Source: Takakia lepidozioides
Lineage: Eukaryota; Plantae; Bryophyta
Assembly (NCBI GenBank): GCA_030704615.1
Contig: CM060731.1
Span: 70,060,001 to 70,124,000 of the forward strand
Direction of reading: 5' to 3'
DNA: 64,000 bases
Of this stretch, positions 12,161 through 25,284 are shown piece by piece (position 1 is the first letter of the stretch; every line of letters begins with the position of its first letter). The position numbers and the translations under genes were made by a program. Under the pieces are notes generated by a model. That model searched no databases, was not told where the DNA came from, and was given only the letters and a program-made list of their open reading frames with translations.

Positions 12161-12976
12161 TACACTAGCGAGTGACTATTGGTTCAGATTCTAACTGCCA
12201 CATTGTCACTACAGTGGGTCTGTTAAAATCTGCTTCACTTATTTTCCATTGTTCTTGAGGTCATCCTGTATAGGGAAGGCATTTCTGGATCTGAGCCTAG
12301 AGGCCGGTAGTCAGAGTAGTCGGAGGTGAAGGCCAAAAATTATTATTTTTCTGTTTTTGGTGAGAAGTTGGATGGCAGGGTAATCTGGAAGCCTTCCACT
12401 GCCTAAGGAAATGCCAAAAAAATTTAAACAAAACATTTCCATGCATAAGAGAATTGTCAATAAATTCCGGGTTTTGCAGGGCAAATACATTTTGATTGAG
12501 CATTGGAAGTAAGAGAATCTGATGGGTGCATTGCACAGTGTGGGAATGTACTCAATGGAGCTGATGGGGATCTTCCTCTAGGCAAAATTTACCTCGATTG
12601 AGTCTACGTTTTTAAGGGGCACGATAGATACAAAAGAAAAGTTTTGGCAGTCCACATAAATGAGTGGGAAAAAATTTGGCAGATTTTCGTGGAATGGGCT
12701 CTGATTTTAGACTAATAGCATTGAAGGCTTGAGGCCCGTGGTATAGGAATAGGGTCACCCGGGTCCAGGACCACAGATCTGCGGCCACCGCCTTGTCCCG
12801 CAACAGACCCACAGCCGTCCGGGTCTAGGACCAAGGATTTGCTGCCGCCTTCTCCTTGTTGTAGACCCACCTTAACCTGCAGGTCTTGTGGGGACTTCAA
12901 ATTTTTTCCACTTCCTGCCGCCTTATCCCGGACCCGGACCCGGGCAGTGCAGTAGACCCACTTTACCTGCGGGACC

Positions 12977-13906
12977 TTTTTTTATTTAAAAAAAGGGAAA
13001 CACCTGGGAGCGACAGCTCACAAATCAGGCCCCTTGATAGAGAGAGGAGAAAATAACAGTGTTGGTCTGGTATGGGTATCAGACCCGAGTATCAACCCTG
13101 GTATCAAACCTGGTATCAGGAACCAGACCAGCCTGGTCCTAAATTCTACATACCCAAGGCGATACCATTGCCTGCGTAGGGTTAGCGAATACCATACCAG
13201 TCTGGTGTTGACGGCTAGGATTTAGTATTGATACTCGTTGCAAGCGTTTCGCAACCATTCTTCGACTGGTATCAATCCTTGTTGACGGGAAGTAGGGAAG
13301 AGTGTTAATATGGTCTCAAGGGACAAGTCTCATGTCCTTAGGGTGTCTCAAACCAAATTGTTCGGGCGTGGAAAAAATTTCAGCCCACAAATTGGGCCTT
13401 GAGAGCAAATGTGCATGCAACATTGATTTGCAATAAAGTATGATATGCAGTTTGCACTCGGTGGCAATGAGATCATTTTTCATGTGCAGTTCCGTTGTTC
13501 ATGTATGATACACTCATGAAGTGTTTTTTAAGTCAATTGAAGGCTTGTTTGATACCAGATCCCATTATATATACTAGCTGGTATTACTTGGGCACATTTC
13601 TATTGATACCATTGCTTAGATGATGAAAAATTTCTCAATACCCTTACCAAACTGGTATCTAACTTGATAAATATCCTTGGTACCAATGTTCCCCTGGTGT
13701 GTCATTTTCAGAGCCACCCATATACCAGGACCAGCCTGGTATCCCAAAATGTTGATACCAGACCAACACTGGAAAATAACCTCTCGGTAACCTCGCCGTG
13801 AAGGCTTTCCGATGCGACACCTACGCAGGGAAGGGGGAGGAGCGTACCACACCCGTCAAATAGCAAGATTTGACCCAGAGTCACACTTACCAACTGAGCT
13901 ACTGAC
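12977..13906 (-). mobile_element. tRNA-derived SINE, interrupted by a hAT MITE
   Basis: Reverse complement of 13780-13906 gives TAGCTCAGTTGG...GGGTCAAATCTTGCTA...GAAAGCCTTCACGGCGAGGTTA, matching the 5' half of the SINE at 1966. 12977-13056 gives the 3' tail GGGGCCTGATTTGTGAGCTGTCGCTCCCAGGTGTTTCCC. Confidence 0.85.
13057..13771. mobile_element. Non-autonomous hAT-type element (MITE), 715 bp
   Basis: Perfect 17-bp TIR CAGTGTTGGTCTGGTAT. 8-bp TSD GAAAATAA (13049-13056, 13772-13779). Subterminal GGTATC/GATACC repeats. Confidence 0.93.
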
Positions 13907-14189
13907 TGTTGGTACTATTTTAGTATCATGGGTGATGTACATATTCACATCACCAAAATTCCAAGCCAAAGACAGCAGCATATAGCGCGATGAGAGTAAC
14001 TGCGAAGATAGGCAATTTTACATATAAAATTCAGCATCATAGGTCAAGCGTAACAAACATCAGGGTTCACATGTCCGTAATATAACAATTGCCTCGCTAT
14101 AACGATCAACATATGCGACAGGGGCTCTCATGTACACGACTCCTCATCAAAATATTGTGGACCCCGCTTCACCTCATCATGGAAAAAGA

Positions 14190-14913
14190 TATCTTTATTT
14201 CCATAGTGGTTTCTTTTGGCATCAGCATTGTGCGCCATAAAGCTTTACACCTGGTCAGATTCATACCCTTCCGCAAAAATATACCCGATGCATAAAATTT
14301 TGTCGATTGTAGCATCGCTAACAGGCAGCCCGAGAATGTATCTGTTTATTGATACAAACCGTTGGTATTCCCAGTGAAAATGATAGATAAAGGCTCTCTC
14401 GGAAATATTTGATGGCGGCAAACACACATGGTTTTGAGCTCTCCACTATAGTGCGTACATCTCTTTCCCCTCTTCCATATCATGTGCCGTCACATTATGA
14501 CTAAAAAACTTGAAATGCGGTTGTCCGTAGACATTCAAACAATATCATAGTATGTCTTTCCATGTATGTAACCGAACTTGCCGTAATTTCTTACACATAA
14601 CAGTATGTCCCAATGGTGGATATATGTCCCCCTAGTACGTTTTTATCACTGAATAGTACTTGTAGTTAATATTCTGATTACCATTTGAAAATGCAAATAG
14701 GACATCGTATCACCACATTTGACAGCCAAAAACCCAGCAAGACAATTTTCCGTTATAAATTTTCTTAACGACTCGAAAAGTTCCACCTGGACGTCGCATC
14801 CTCCTATGCCAACTATACATAGAAACCTCAAAGGTTTTTGATGCAACTCTGTCATTCGCCGTCGTCATCAGTTTCCTAGGTCTTCCCCTCCCTCTCTTAC
14901 CACATGCTTCCAC
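14190..14913 (-). pseudogene. Degenerate Replitron HUH (Y1 Rep) transposase
   Basis: Joined frames: RGRGRPRK...KTFEVS..GIGGCDV...AVKCGDTMSYLHFQMVIRI (HUH motif)...VMCKKLRQVRLHTWKDIL*YCLNVYGQPHFKFFSHNVTAHDMEEGKEMY (Y1 region). Stops and frameshifts. Confidence 0.8.
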
Positions 14914-15361
14914 TATGATGGGCGGTGCTTTTCATTGCCTCCATGCTGGCCCCACGCAGTGAGCCCAAATATGAGCAGGTCTCAAAATGGACCCCTTATT
15001 TTGGGGTGTAAAGTGGTTCTGCCTGCCCTTAAATGGCAACCTTAGTGCCAACGGGCTGATTTAGGTTCCTTCATGGGCATTGTGGGCCCCATGGTGCTTT
15101 GTTAGGTGAACAAAAAGGTACTCAATACTGTGACCAGCGTATTTGCCAAATGGAGGCGTATTAATAAAGCTGAGTGCTAATGTACGCACGTTGTTATTCT
15201 AATTAACTCTGCATGGGGTTTAGGATTGATCAGATATGCTCTGATTTGTTTTTTTAAATGCCTTGGCTGCTCAATTTCAAATTCACAGGGTTCCATTCAC
15301 TTTGCCTGCATGTATAACTTCATTACGACTATTGCACACAACTTCGCAACTACAGGTTCTC

Positions 15362-15585
15362 ATTCATGTGCAGGGAGCATAGTTTGGAGATTGGCTCAGC
15401 ATTGATTTACACTTCAGTTAATCCAGTTCATTACTATTGATTGATGTGCAGGGAGCTTAGTTTGGAGATTGGAATCCCATTAGTTTACACTTCAGTTAAT
15501 CCAGCACATTACAACTAATTCATGTGCAGGGAGCATAGTTTGAAGATTGGCTTAGTTTACACTTCAGTTAATCTAGTTTATTAGT
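15362..15585. repeat. Tandem repeat, 3 x ~79 bp
   Basis: ATGTGCAGGGAGCATAGTTTGGAGATTGG...TTTACACTTCAGTTAATC recurs at ~15367, 15444 and 15522. Confidence 0.9.
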
Positions 15586-15999
15586 AAGTGTATAGTCACG
15601 AGTGTGGAGTGTGCAACAGCGATGGACTTGAATTTCAGGCCCAGCCAAGCTTTTCGATTGTTGCCAGATACCGAGGTAGCTGATGATAGCGATAGAACGC
15701 AGAAGCCAACCACTCACAAGTGACTCAGATGACGGATACAATGACAGGTATAAACATGCAAATGATGGAAGTCAAAGTGAGGATGATGGCCTTGAAAATT
15801 TCCAGTGGGGCCAGGGAGAGGATTCCCAAGTTGAATTTCAGGTGGGCCAAGCCCAAGCCCAAGATCAAGTTGAATTTCAAGTGGGCCAAGGCTAACATCA
15901 ACCAGAACCTACAGTACAGCTAGACCAGACAACAACATTGCCAGAGACAAATACTGAAGGACCTGCCGACATTAACACTCTTCGATCTGATGGACCTGC

Positions 16000-17700
16000 T
16001 ATGCGTGGGGGCCGCCCAAGGAGAGGGAGGAGGCCTCTCAAGAATGGAAACTGGACTGATGAATAGTTGCGAGGTGTCGTGGCTGTCGTTGACCATGGAG
16101 ACGGCATCAGATCTGCAGCAAGGATGTTTGGAGTGCCTGTAACAAGTCTGAGAAACCACGTTTATGGCGTTACTACCAGTAGGAAGAGAGGCAACAAAGG
16201 GACATTAAACGCCAAGGAAGAAGCTGAACTAGTCCAGTACATTGAAAAAATGCAAGATATTGGGCATCCCTTGACACTAACTCAACTATGTCTGAAGGTG
16301 GCTGAAGTTACGCAAGGGAATGGAATTCCGGGCTGGGGGTGGGTGAGATGGTTCAGGTCACGACATCCACATCTTTCATTGAGAGTAGCTCAAGGACTAG
16401 AGACTGGGAGGGCCAATGGACTATGTCCAAAGAACGTAAAGACGTTCTATGCTAACCTGAAACTGATGTATGAGAAGCACAACTATGGGCCAACAAGGAT
16501 ATGGAATTGTGACGAGTCCGGGGCCCAAGCTGGGCGAAACGGAGGTGTTGTTGTGCTGGCCAAGACCGAATCCAGATCTGTTCATTCTATAACACCAGAT
16601 CAGAGGGAGTGGCTGAGCATCCTCACCTGCATGAATGCTGCAGGAAACTTCTACATATTCAAATGGAAAAGATTCCGTCGCAATTACATTCACAACTGTG
16701 AATCTGGAGCAACAATGGCAATGCAATGAAAAGCATGGATGACTGCAATATTGTTTCATAAGTGGATATCACATTTTCTGGAATCAGCAAAGGCAATGGG
16801 CAATGACATTACCGTCACAAACAGACATTTGCTAATTCTAGATGGTCACAACTCACAAGTCACCCTAGACGTTGTCAAGCAAGCAAGATCAGTAGGACTT
16901 GATGTCATTACACTTCCTTCTCACACATCCCATGCACTCCAGCCCCTTGATGTGGCAGTGTTCAAGCCCTTTAAGACTACCTTCAGGAAATATAGAGATG
17001 TTTTGGACCATGGCACATAAAGGAAGAGGAGCGTTGAAAGAAGATCTGGCCCAATGGGTCTCCCTTGCATTGAAAAAATGATTGACCCCTACCAACATTG
17101 CCAAGGGATTCAAGACCTTTGGGATCTGGCCTCTGAATCCAGAAGCCATGGCATGAAAGATGGGGCCGGCAGAATGTTTCTCAGGGCCGGGGACACCAGA
17201 CCTACACGCCAAGGAGATCAGGCCAGAATCAATGGACGAGGATACACCTGAGGGGGAGGTAGAAGACGTACTTGATGCCCTTCATGTGGAAGAGGTGTTG
17301 GGCAACCATGTGCCCAGCATACAAGAGAATCACCACCACTACTTTGTGGTGGTCGAAGAGCCAGATGAGGATGGGCGCAATGACCAGGAAAGGGGCGATG
17401 ACAACCAGCCACACTTTCGCAGCAGCCATGAGTCCTCAGTGCAGCTCGATGATGACGCAGACTGGGAGATGGTTCCCAGCCAGCCGGAGGTCCCTTCATC
17501 AATCTCCCGATTCTTGACGCTCCCAGAGGCTCCTGCAGTCAATCAAAGGGTAAGAGCATTAGGAGATGAACCTATTATAGACTACAACAAGTCAATTATA
17601 ATGACATGTGATGTATACTTGGCAGCACTAGAGCAAAAAGCGAGACTAAAATAAGAAGCAACCCAAGCTCGTGAGCAGAAAAAAGAGGAGACCCTGCAAG
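16000..17700 (+). pseudogene. pogo/Tc1-mariner-family transposase (psq-HTH, CENP-B HTH, DDE_1), disrupted
   Basis: IRSAARMFGVPVTSLRNH; PGWGWVRWFRSRHPHLSLR; WNCDESG; LLILDGHNSQ; LPSHTSHALQPLDVAVFKPFK. In-frame stops (16064, 16727, 17078) and frameshifts. TIRs not found. Confidence 0.9.
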
Positions 17701-19894
17701 GTAAAGCAAAGCGAGCAGCCGAGAAGATCGAGAAAAATGCTCTCAAGAAGACCCGAACACAAGAGCGACTAGCCAAGAGGGCCTTCGACGCCAAGTGGTC
17801 GGCACGAGCCTACAGCGAGGCAGGAGAGACGTCTGCATGCAGCAATCAAAGCAAGCAACCCCTCCCCCAAGCATGCATGGATCGCCCCATTGTGCGGGTG
17901 GGCTCCACCAATTTGTAAACACAATCAAAAAATTGCTATTGCTAAACGTCGGGCAAACGCCCGAGGGGAAGACACAAGTCATCTGCAGGTCGTAGGAGTG
18001 CCATGGGCGCATCAACCAGGTTCGGGACCACCTGTTGTAGAGCGGGTTGCTATCATGGCGGGCCAGGTGGGAAGGAGTTGCTGGGAGGCGACAGAGATGG
18101 CGGGAGGAATCAAGGTGGTGGCGGAAGAACAATAGGTGGAGAGCCGTGGTCTGTGACACTTGGATGGTCCAAATTAGTGCAGTGAGAGGTGAGGTTTCAG
18201 GCTGGAAAAGCACGCAGTTTGGCACACTTTGGATCATTACGTGCTTAAATAAGAATCCAAATCTAGGAGAGTGGGGTCCACTTTACAGGCAGGATTGACC
18301 ATTTGGCACACATTCACGGTTTCCCAAGGGCTTACTGGAGTTCATGCATCCGATCTCCCTTATTTCGCTACTGCACCATAGGATACCTTTTGCTCTTGTG
18401 GGCCGAGCTGTTGGGTGAGTTATTAGGTGTAGTAGTTGGTGTGTGGTTCAAGTGCACATCTCGTGCATATCAGGTCACATGTAGGCTTCATATTAGATAA
18501 TATTTCAGTGAGTTATGGTACCCTCTATAGCTCAGGCATAGCATTTTTGTGCCCTGCCACTTTGATAATATATATCAATTAACCACCTCATCCAAAATTC
18601 ATGCAATTCATACTACAAGCTGTTTGTTCAATTGCTCATCCAGTCATATAATTTTTCCCCTTACTGCACCAATTGTATGGGCATATCTGCTTAAACGCTC
18701 ACATTTGGGTGTAACTACCTTACTGTGCACCCTTGCATTCCGTGCACCCTCTGCTACTATGCATTGTTGTACCCTCTGCAGCATCTGCTATTGTGCGCTA
18801 CGCTAACCTCTTACGCTGGTACAGTCCTACGCACTCTGGCACGACTACCAAAACGCTTTTGGTGCTCCCTTTAGTCTATTCTAGAATGTTCTCTTACATT
18901 TGGGTATGGACTGCATATGGGCCCACATCCACTAGCCATGTGGGGCCTATGCAACTTCCCACATGCTTCAGACAAACTCATAGATGTCACCTGCCTCTTT
19001 GTCAATTTTATTTTTTCAGCGATTGGGGTACCTATTAGCTACGGGCCTCATACTTATTTTGGAGTTCTTCCAATTTCTTCCAAGTTCTTGTTTGACACTG
19101 ATGTAACAAATCACTCTTCCCAATGTTTGAGCCTGATACCCTTGCACTATCATTCATTACACCTTACCACTACTTACTGCCAACCTTAGAAACTTTATTT
19201 ATTAGGGCGACGCATTGCTCTACACTACTACTACTGGTGACTACTTCTAATATCAACGTTCTTTTTTATTGGAAATACATTGTATGCAAACAACAATATG
19301 AATAATATAAAAATATAATGTAAGCATATGATTTGATGGTACTTTTGTTGGCTTTAGGCGGCATGTGGGCTCCTCTGGTAGGTCCCCTGTTAAATCTTCC
19401 CCACTTAACCCTATTTTAACTAATTCTGAACTTTTGGCTTAAATCCGGACCAAACTTAATATGTATTAGAATTAAAATTAATTCAAAATTTGTTAATAAT
19501 ATCTTGGATAGTAATGTGTGATTGAACTTTGTGCAATTACAAGTGATGTCATACTTGCTTCAAAATGTAACATATAAGATGTCCATTTGACATTGAAGTG
19601 CTTGTGAAGTTGCAGTGTAACTCAACAATTCATTGAACGTCGACTGGGAAGTTGAATGATGTAATATTACATCATGTTACAATCACGATAAACAAATGTG
19701 TCGAATCGAACATGGGATAAACTCATAGTACTCTATCATACTTGATATAAGTTGATAGTAATTTTGATTGAATCTTCATGTTGACAAGCACAATATTCAT
19801 AGACAATGCCATTGGAATGATGTTTTGGGTGTGAGAAGGGCAGTAAAATATTAAAATAGCGTGAACATTAGGAAGATGACCTACTAGGGCAGTA

Positions 19895-21060
19895 AAATAA
19901 GGTTTGGGGTGTAACTAGATATATTAAGTGCAATAAGGTCCAAGTTTGTGGTGACTCGGAGAAGGGTTTAGGGTTTTAAAGGGTTTAGGATAGAAAGAGA
20001 GAAACAAATATGGACGACTCTAAACCTCTGTAGAATGTAAAAATGTAAGGGGAATTTGATGTCCATGTAATCATTCTATCATACGTTATCCAACTTGAAA
20101 ATTAAAGAAAACATTAAGAGAATGATACAAATTTTACAAGAGGTAACATGGTAGTACAATAAGGTTTGGAGTTTATTATAAGTAGGGTATTACACTAAGG
20201 TTTTGGGTATATGGTAAAAGTAATGGTTTAGGGTGCTAAGGGTCACGCTTAAGCTTGGGGTAAGGATTATTAAGGGAAGGGTAAAGGGAAAGGTAAGGGT
20301 TTAGGTTTTGGATTTAGGGTAAAAATGGACAAACAAATATGGAAGACTCACACATGGTAGTACAATAACTTGGTTTGGAGTGTAAGTAGGGTAGTACACT
20401 AACCTGGTTTTTGGTATATGGTAAGAGTACTAATGGTTTAGGGTAGTAAGTATCAGGCTTAAGCTTAGGGTAAGGATTAAGGCCAGGATAAAGGAATGGG
20501 TAAGGATTTAGGGTTTGGATTTAGGGTAGTTCAAAGGGACAAACAAATATAGAAGATTCACACATGGTAGTACAATAACTTGGTTTGGAGTGTAAGCTTA
20601 AGCCTGACACTTACTATCCTAAACCATTAGTACTCTTACCATATACCAAAAACCAGGTTAGTGTACTAAGGCCAGGGTAAATGAATGGGTAAGGATTTAG
20701 GGTAGTTCAAAGGGACAAACAAATATAGAAGACTCACACATGGTAGTACAATAACTTGGTTTGGAGTGTAAGTAGGGTAGTACACTAACCTGGTTTTTGG
20801 TATATGGTAAGAGTAATGGTTTAAGGTAGTAAGTGTCAGGCTTAATCTTAGGGTAAGGATTAAGGCCAGGGTAAGGGTTTAGGGTTTGGATTTATGGGAG
20901 TACACAAAGGTTTTTGGTATATGGTAATAGTTTAGGGTACTAAGTGTCCGGCTTAAGCCTATGGAAGGGTTAAGGGAAGGGTAAAACGAAGGGTAAAGAT
21001 TTAGAGGTGATGGTAAAGGTATAAATGGACAAACAAATATAGAAGACTCGCACTCACTAG
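19895..21060. repeat. TTTAGGG-rich subterminal tandem array (~200-bp units) with an internal inversion
   Basis: Unit anchor GGACAAACAAATATRGAAGA at ~20327, 20537, 20713 and 21027. Many TTTAGGG/TAAGGG motifs. ~20595-20668 is a reverse-complemented piece of the unit. Confidence 0.85.
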
Positions 21061-21421
21061 AACGAGACATTCCAAAAAAACATTTAGACCGGATTGGAAA
21101 AGAAAGAATCCAGGGGTTGTGCCATCATTTTTTTTTTGGGGTGCATTGTCTGTTTTGTAAGCCAGAATCCCCCATGTCACGAATATATGTAGATGAACAA
21201 AATGTACAGCAGTGCAGAGTCCAACACGACAGAAAGAAAATAGATGAACGTCCACTGCCCACTCGAGGTTCATTGCGACAGAAACAAAAGACAGGAAGGA
21301 TCACCAAACGCAAACACGAAGGGAAAGAAGCGTAAAGAAATTTTTATATCTTAAAATGAAAGACCGGAAATACCTCAACATTTAGTCCATGGATGGAAAA
21401 TGGTTCGCAAGAAGGAAACCT

Positions 21422-22300
21422 TCAGGTATCTGGCTGAAGGTTAGCAACCTCCAAATTCGTGTGCGCCTTCACTGCTTCCACCGCTGTAATTCTCTTGGTG
21501 TTATTTCTTGTCGTATTTTTTCGTGGCGGCATTGTCCACACGACATTGTTCACGTGGATCCATTGAGCAGGATCTGACGGGTTGTACTCCCAAACTTTTA
21601 ACCAACAGTCCCTGTACCTCTCAAAGTCTGAGGGGTTACCTCCTTTCTTCGGTCTCCACCACTCCACCTTCACTTTCTTAAAATTAGGATCTTCCCTTTC
21701 TCGGATGACATCTGAAATTGCCATTCCCATCCAGACCGGGCACGTCGTTGGGTCATGAGGGCGAACGAGCACAAAAAACCCTTTCTCAATGATGACATGG
21801 AGGAAGAAATTGAGGAAGAGGTTGACAAAGTGCTTTCAGAGCTTGCTGTGGAAACTGCTGCCCAGCTGCCTGCTGCTGCTGCACGAAGGGAGCGACTCAA
21901 GCAACCTGCCCAGGAAGAAGAACCTGAAGCTGACAAAGGGGTACAGTCTGTTCTTGCCTACCTCCTTATAGTTGTCTGCATGTCTGAATATCTTTCACCC
22001 CCTGCCCCTCTGTGTCACTTTTGTGTTTGTGTAGAGGACAGTGCTGATATCCCAACAGCCTCTGTAGATTCTGATCAACTCCCGATCCAACAGTGAATCT
22101 CTTTCCCAGATTGTCATGGCTCTGCTCGAGATCTTGTAGCAAACTCAAATGTCCTTGGACGCTCACACTTAGGCCACAGTAAGGTTCTGGAACTTCATCC
22201 TAGCTTCTTGAGGGATTTTGGCCGAAAACAAATTGGTCCTTAAACCATCGGAGGGATGGCATCCAGCCATCAGGTTCTGCCCTTTTGTCCTCCAGTGGGT
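21422..22300 (-). pseudogene. 3' (C-terminal) part of the Sola-like transposase
   Basis: THWRTK...DEVPEPYCG..ERPRTF (22300-22140), then IEKGFFVLVRPHDPTTCPVWMGMAISDV...VKVEWWRP...YRDCWLKVW (21790-21422). Same strand as, and a plausible continuation of, the ORF broken at ~43920. Confidence 0.65.
21790..21940 (+). pseudogene. VPS24: Captured fragment of ESCRT-III subunit VPS24/CHMP3 (C-terminal region)
   Basis: DDMEEEIEEEVDKVLSELAVETAAQLPAAAARRERLKQPAQ closely resembles the plant VPS24 C-terminus as I recall it. It interrupts the transposase antisense. Confidence 0.75.
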
Positions 22301-22399
22301 AGAATGAATTTATTTCTTTTTTCTTTTCTTTTTTCTCTCTCTATAAAGCACCATTTCATTTCATTTCATTTCATTTCTCTCTGTCAGTGAAGGTCAGGC

Positions 22400-22770
22400 A
22401 GGCATAGGGGTTGTATCAACCATATCTTCATCCTAAGCCAGACTATTCTGGGAGGGAATAAAGAATGAAAACCCACCTTTGTGATGTGGAGGATGATTCA
22501 CAATCTATTTGGGAACACCAAAAGTTGCGTAATGGTCAATGGCCAGAAGTCTAATTTCCTTCGAAGAGGGCAAGCATACCCATGCCCTCATCATGGAATC
22601 TGGATTGGAGGCAGATGCATGTGTGGGGAGTGCACTTGTAGACATGTATGCCAAATATGGGATAGTGAGGGATGCGCAGAAAATGTTTGACAAAATTCTG
22701 GAACGAGATGTGGTCTCGTGGACTTCAATAATTAGTGCATATGCCCAGCATGGGCATGGCAAGGAAGCTC
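22400..22770 (+). pseudogene. LINE RT fragment joined to a PLS-PPR fragment
   Basis: WRMIHNLFGNTKSCVMVNGQKS (RT-like, to ~22550), then FEEGKHTHALIMESGLEADACVGSALVDMYAKYG...DVVSWTSIISAYAQHGHGKEA. Confidence 0.75.
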
Positions 22771-23154
22771 ATACAAGAAGTGATTTTGACATATTACTGG
22801 CAGGGTCGCAGCAGTAAAAAGTATGCTTGTAATTGTACAGCAGAGAATGCTTATCAATAGGAGCTGGACAAGCTGCTGGCCAGCTTAAAAAGATCTGAAG
22901 TCTCTTTGATTCAAGCTGCGTTATGGTGAAGGCACTGGGGACGACCTCATCTGGTACTTCGGGGCATAGAACAATGGGCCGGATGAGAGTAGATGGACAT
23001 CTGTTTCAATAAACGGATAAATAAAGTCCAAATAAGTTTGAACCAAACAAGTTGAATTGAAGCTAAATCAAATAAATCGGTACTTGTATCAGATAACAGA
23101 AGCCACACGTGGAAATGAGATGAGATAATGGATGAATTCAATAGATTCAATGGA

Positions 23155-24967
23155 CGAATTCATCAATTTGTATACATGAAGTTGCAATTTCATCGGTTCA
23201 AATCGTCAATTTCACCACATGGAATTGACAATTTCATCACATAAAATTGCGATTTAATCAGTTCAAATTGTCAATTTCAACACATGAAGTTGCAATTTCA
23301 TCAGTTCAAATCGTCAATTTCATCACATGGAATTGACAATTTCATCAGTTCAAATTGTCAATTTCAACACATGAAGTTGTTGTCATGTGCATACATATCG
23401 CTACACAACTACATCGTTGTCCACAACCACACAACACATGTGCACACCGCTCGTTGGCCACGGGCTGCCCCATGATACCCCGTGGTACCACGTCCACGAG
23501 CCTTCACGACCCGCCATCCCCACGATCTGGTCACTGTGTCCGCACCACGGCTTCCCACGGTCACGGTCAATGGCCACGGTCAACTGTTCCCTGCGTTCCC
23601 GAGGCATTCCCGGACGTTCCTACACGTTCCCGAGCTCTCCCCGAGCTGGGGTTTGCTCCTACACTTGCTGCCGCTGAGCTATGGCTTCTGCGGAACCATC
23701 AACCCCGTCGCCCTGCACTCATGAGCTCTCACGGCCCACTAGAAGCGCCCCCAACTCAACAAACAAGCTATATGCTGCCCAACAAGCTCCATTTTCTTCA
23801 TGATCAAACTCACAAAAACAAATATGAAAATATACACATTTACAACTTTGGTGTACCTGCAGTTCTACTGCACATTCCCTGGCTCTAGGACGCCTAGTTG
23901 CTGCCCTTCCAACCCCACTCTTTCCACTCCAATAGCCCTTACAGTGCTAGAGTTTCAGATTGAAACTTCCAACTCAAGTACATGCTTCACAAGTGCACTG
24001 ATTTGCACACAAGAGGGACCAGCCCCCTCACTTCGCTCATACCTCTTCATGAGCTTGAAGCTGAAGCTCCCAACAGGCTGCGATGCATCCCCTCGCAGCT
24101 CCACTATTCAGCTGCTCCTCATCTACCCGTAACAACTGATTTCGGGCAGAAATACCTGGAGCTGATCATATCATCTCCAACCTGCAACACGCTAGCTTCC
24201 CATGCACAGCCCACATTCCTGCAGCTTGTTAACTCGGCCTACAACTGAAGAAGACGACCACTAGTTCACCTACTCGTGGCCAGCATCTCCTCCGCTTCAC
24301 ACTAGAAGCCCAAACTTGGTTGCCATAGTATTAAGTTATGCAACACTGATGGCCTCTCTATCCATTGCAAACGTGCAACCTATTCGCCTTCGCACTCTAT
24401 CCGCTTTGGATAGGCTCATGCACGGATCCCTACACTCTAGGCTGAACCGCTTTTCATGATCTGAGAACACAAGTGCTACAACTAGCTCAAACCTAGCACT
24501 CACGGACTCGAGCTAATCTTTTGGAGTGATAAAGGAAGAATAATACAAGCACACAAGCTCTCTCAAACTCACACACTTGCATATGAAAATATCACTCATA
24601 TATTAAGTCGAGCCAAGTGCACCCCACGCCATGGGGAATCCACACTACGGCGCTAGAGCTAGACGCGGTGAGGCTCAACTCGAGAAAGATGAGCTCACCG
24701 CGATCTGCCGTGAAGATAACAACGTCAGGTGTCCAAACATATATTGGCCCCTGGATTGACACTTGGATCAATCCCAAATGTCAATATATCAAAACTAACT
24801 ATTTCCTAGCTAGTTTCACACTAGTGATAAAATAACTTGACAATGCAATTTCCTCAGTTCAAATCGTCAATTTCATCACATAAAGTTGCAATTTCATCGG
24901 TTCAAATTGTCAATTTCAACACATGAAGTTAAAATTTCATCAATTCAAATCGTCAATTTCATCACAT
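23155..24967. repeat. TCAAAT(C/T)GTCAATTTCA tandem array, split by an LTR-like insertion
   Basis: Repeats at 23155-23380 resume in register at 24843-24967. Confidence 0.8.
23381..24842. mobile_element. Solo LTR or non-autonomous LTR-like insertion (1462 bp)
   Basis: Bounded by TGTCA...TGACA and interrupts a repeat unit. TSD only degenerate (TTGT/ATGC). No clear coding domain. Confidence 0.6.
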
Positions 24968-25284
24968 TTTTTGTCATACCCCCTTCTCCATGATTGTCAG
25001 AGCCACAAGGTCTACGTGAAACATTGTACTATTCACATAACAAACGTAAAAATGTCACCTCAAATGTCACCTAATGTTATAAATTATGTCACCTAATCTT
25101 ATGGCCCACTGACCTAATGCTCCATAGCCCTAACTCTAAGGCCAAATGTCACCAAATGTTACAAATGTCACCTAATCTTGTGGCCCACGGACCTAACCCT
25201 AACTCTAAGGCTACACATCAAGATTAATTGGCCACAAGTCGCAGTCGTTTGGGAGGCAGCACATCGACAGCTGTGTAATTCTTC

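Noticed and set aside
19403-19436. piggyBac end (TTAA + CCCT)
   Set aside because: The right end reads AGAG-TTAC. An exact ACTT duplication fits better, and the transposase is not piggyBac-like.
19895-21060. True telomere or chromosome-fusion scar
   Set aside because: The motifs are degenerate and embedded in ~200-bp units inside the TIR-bounded element.
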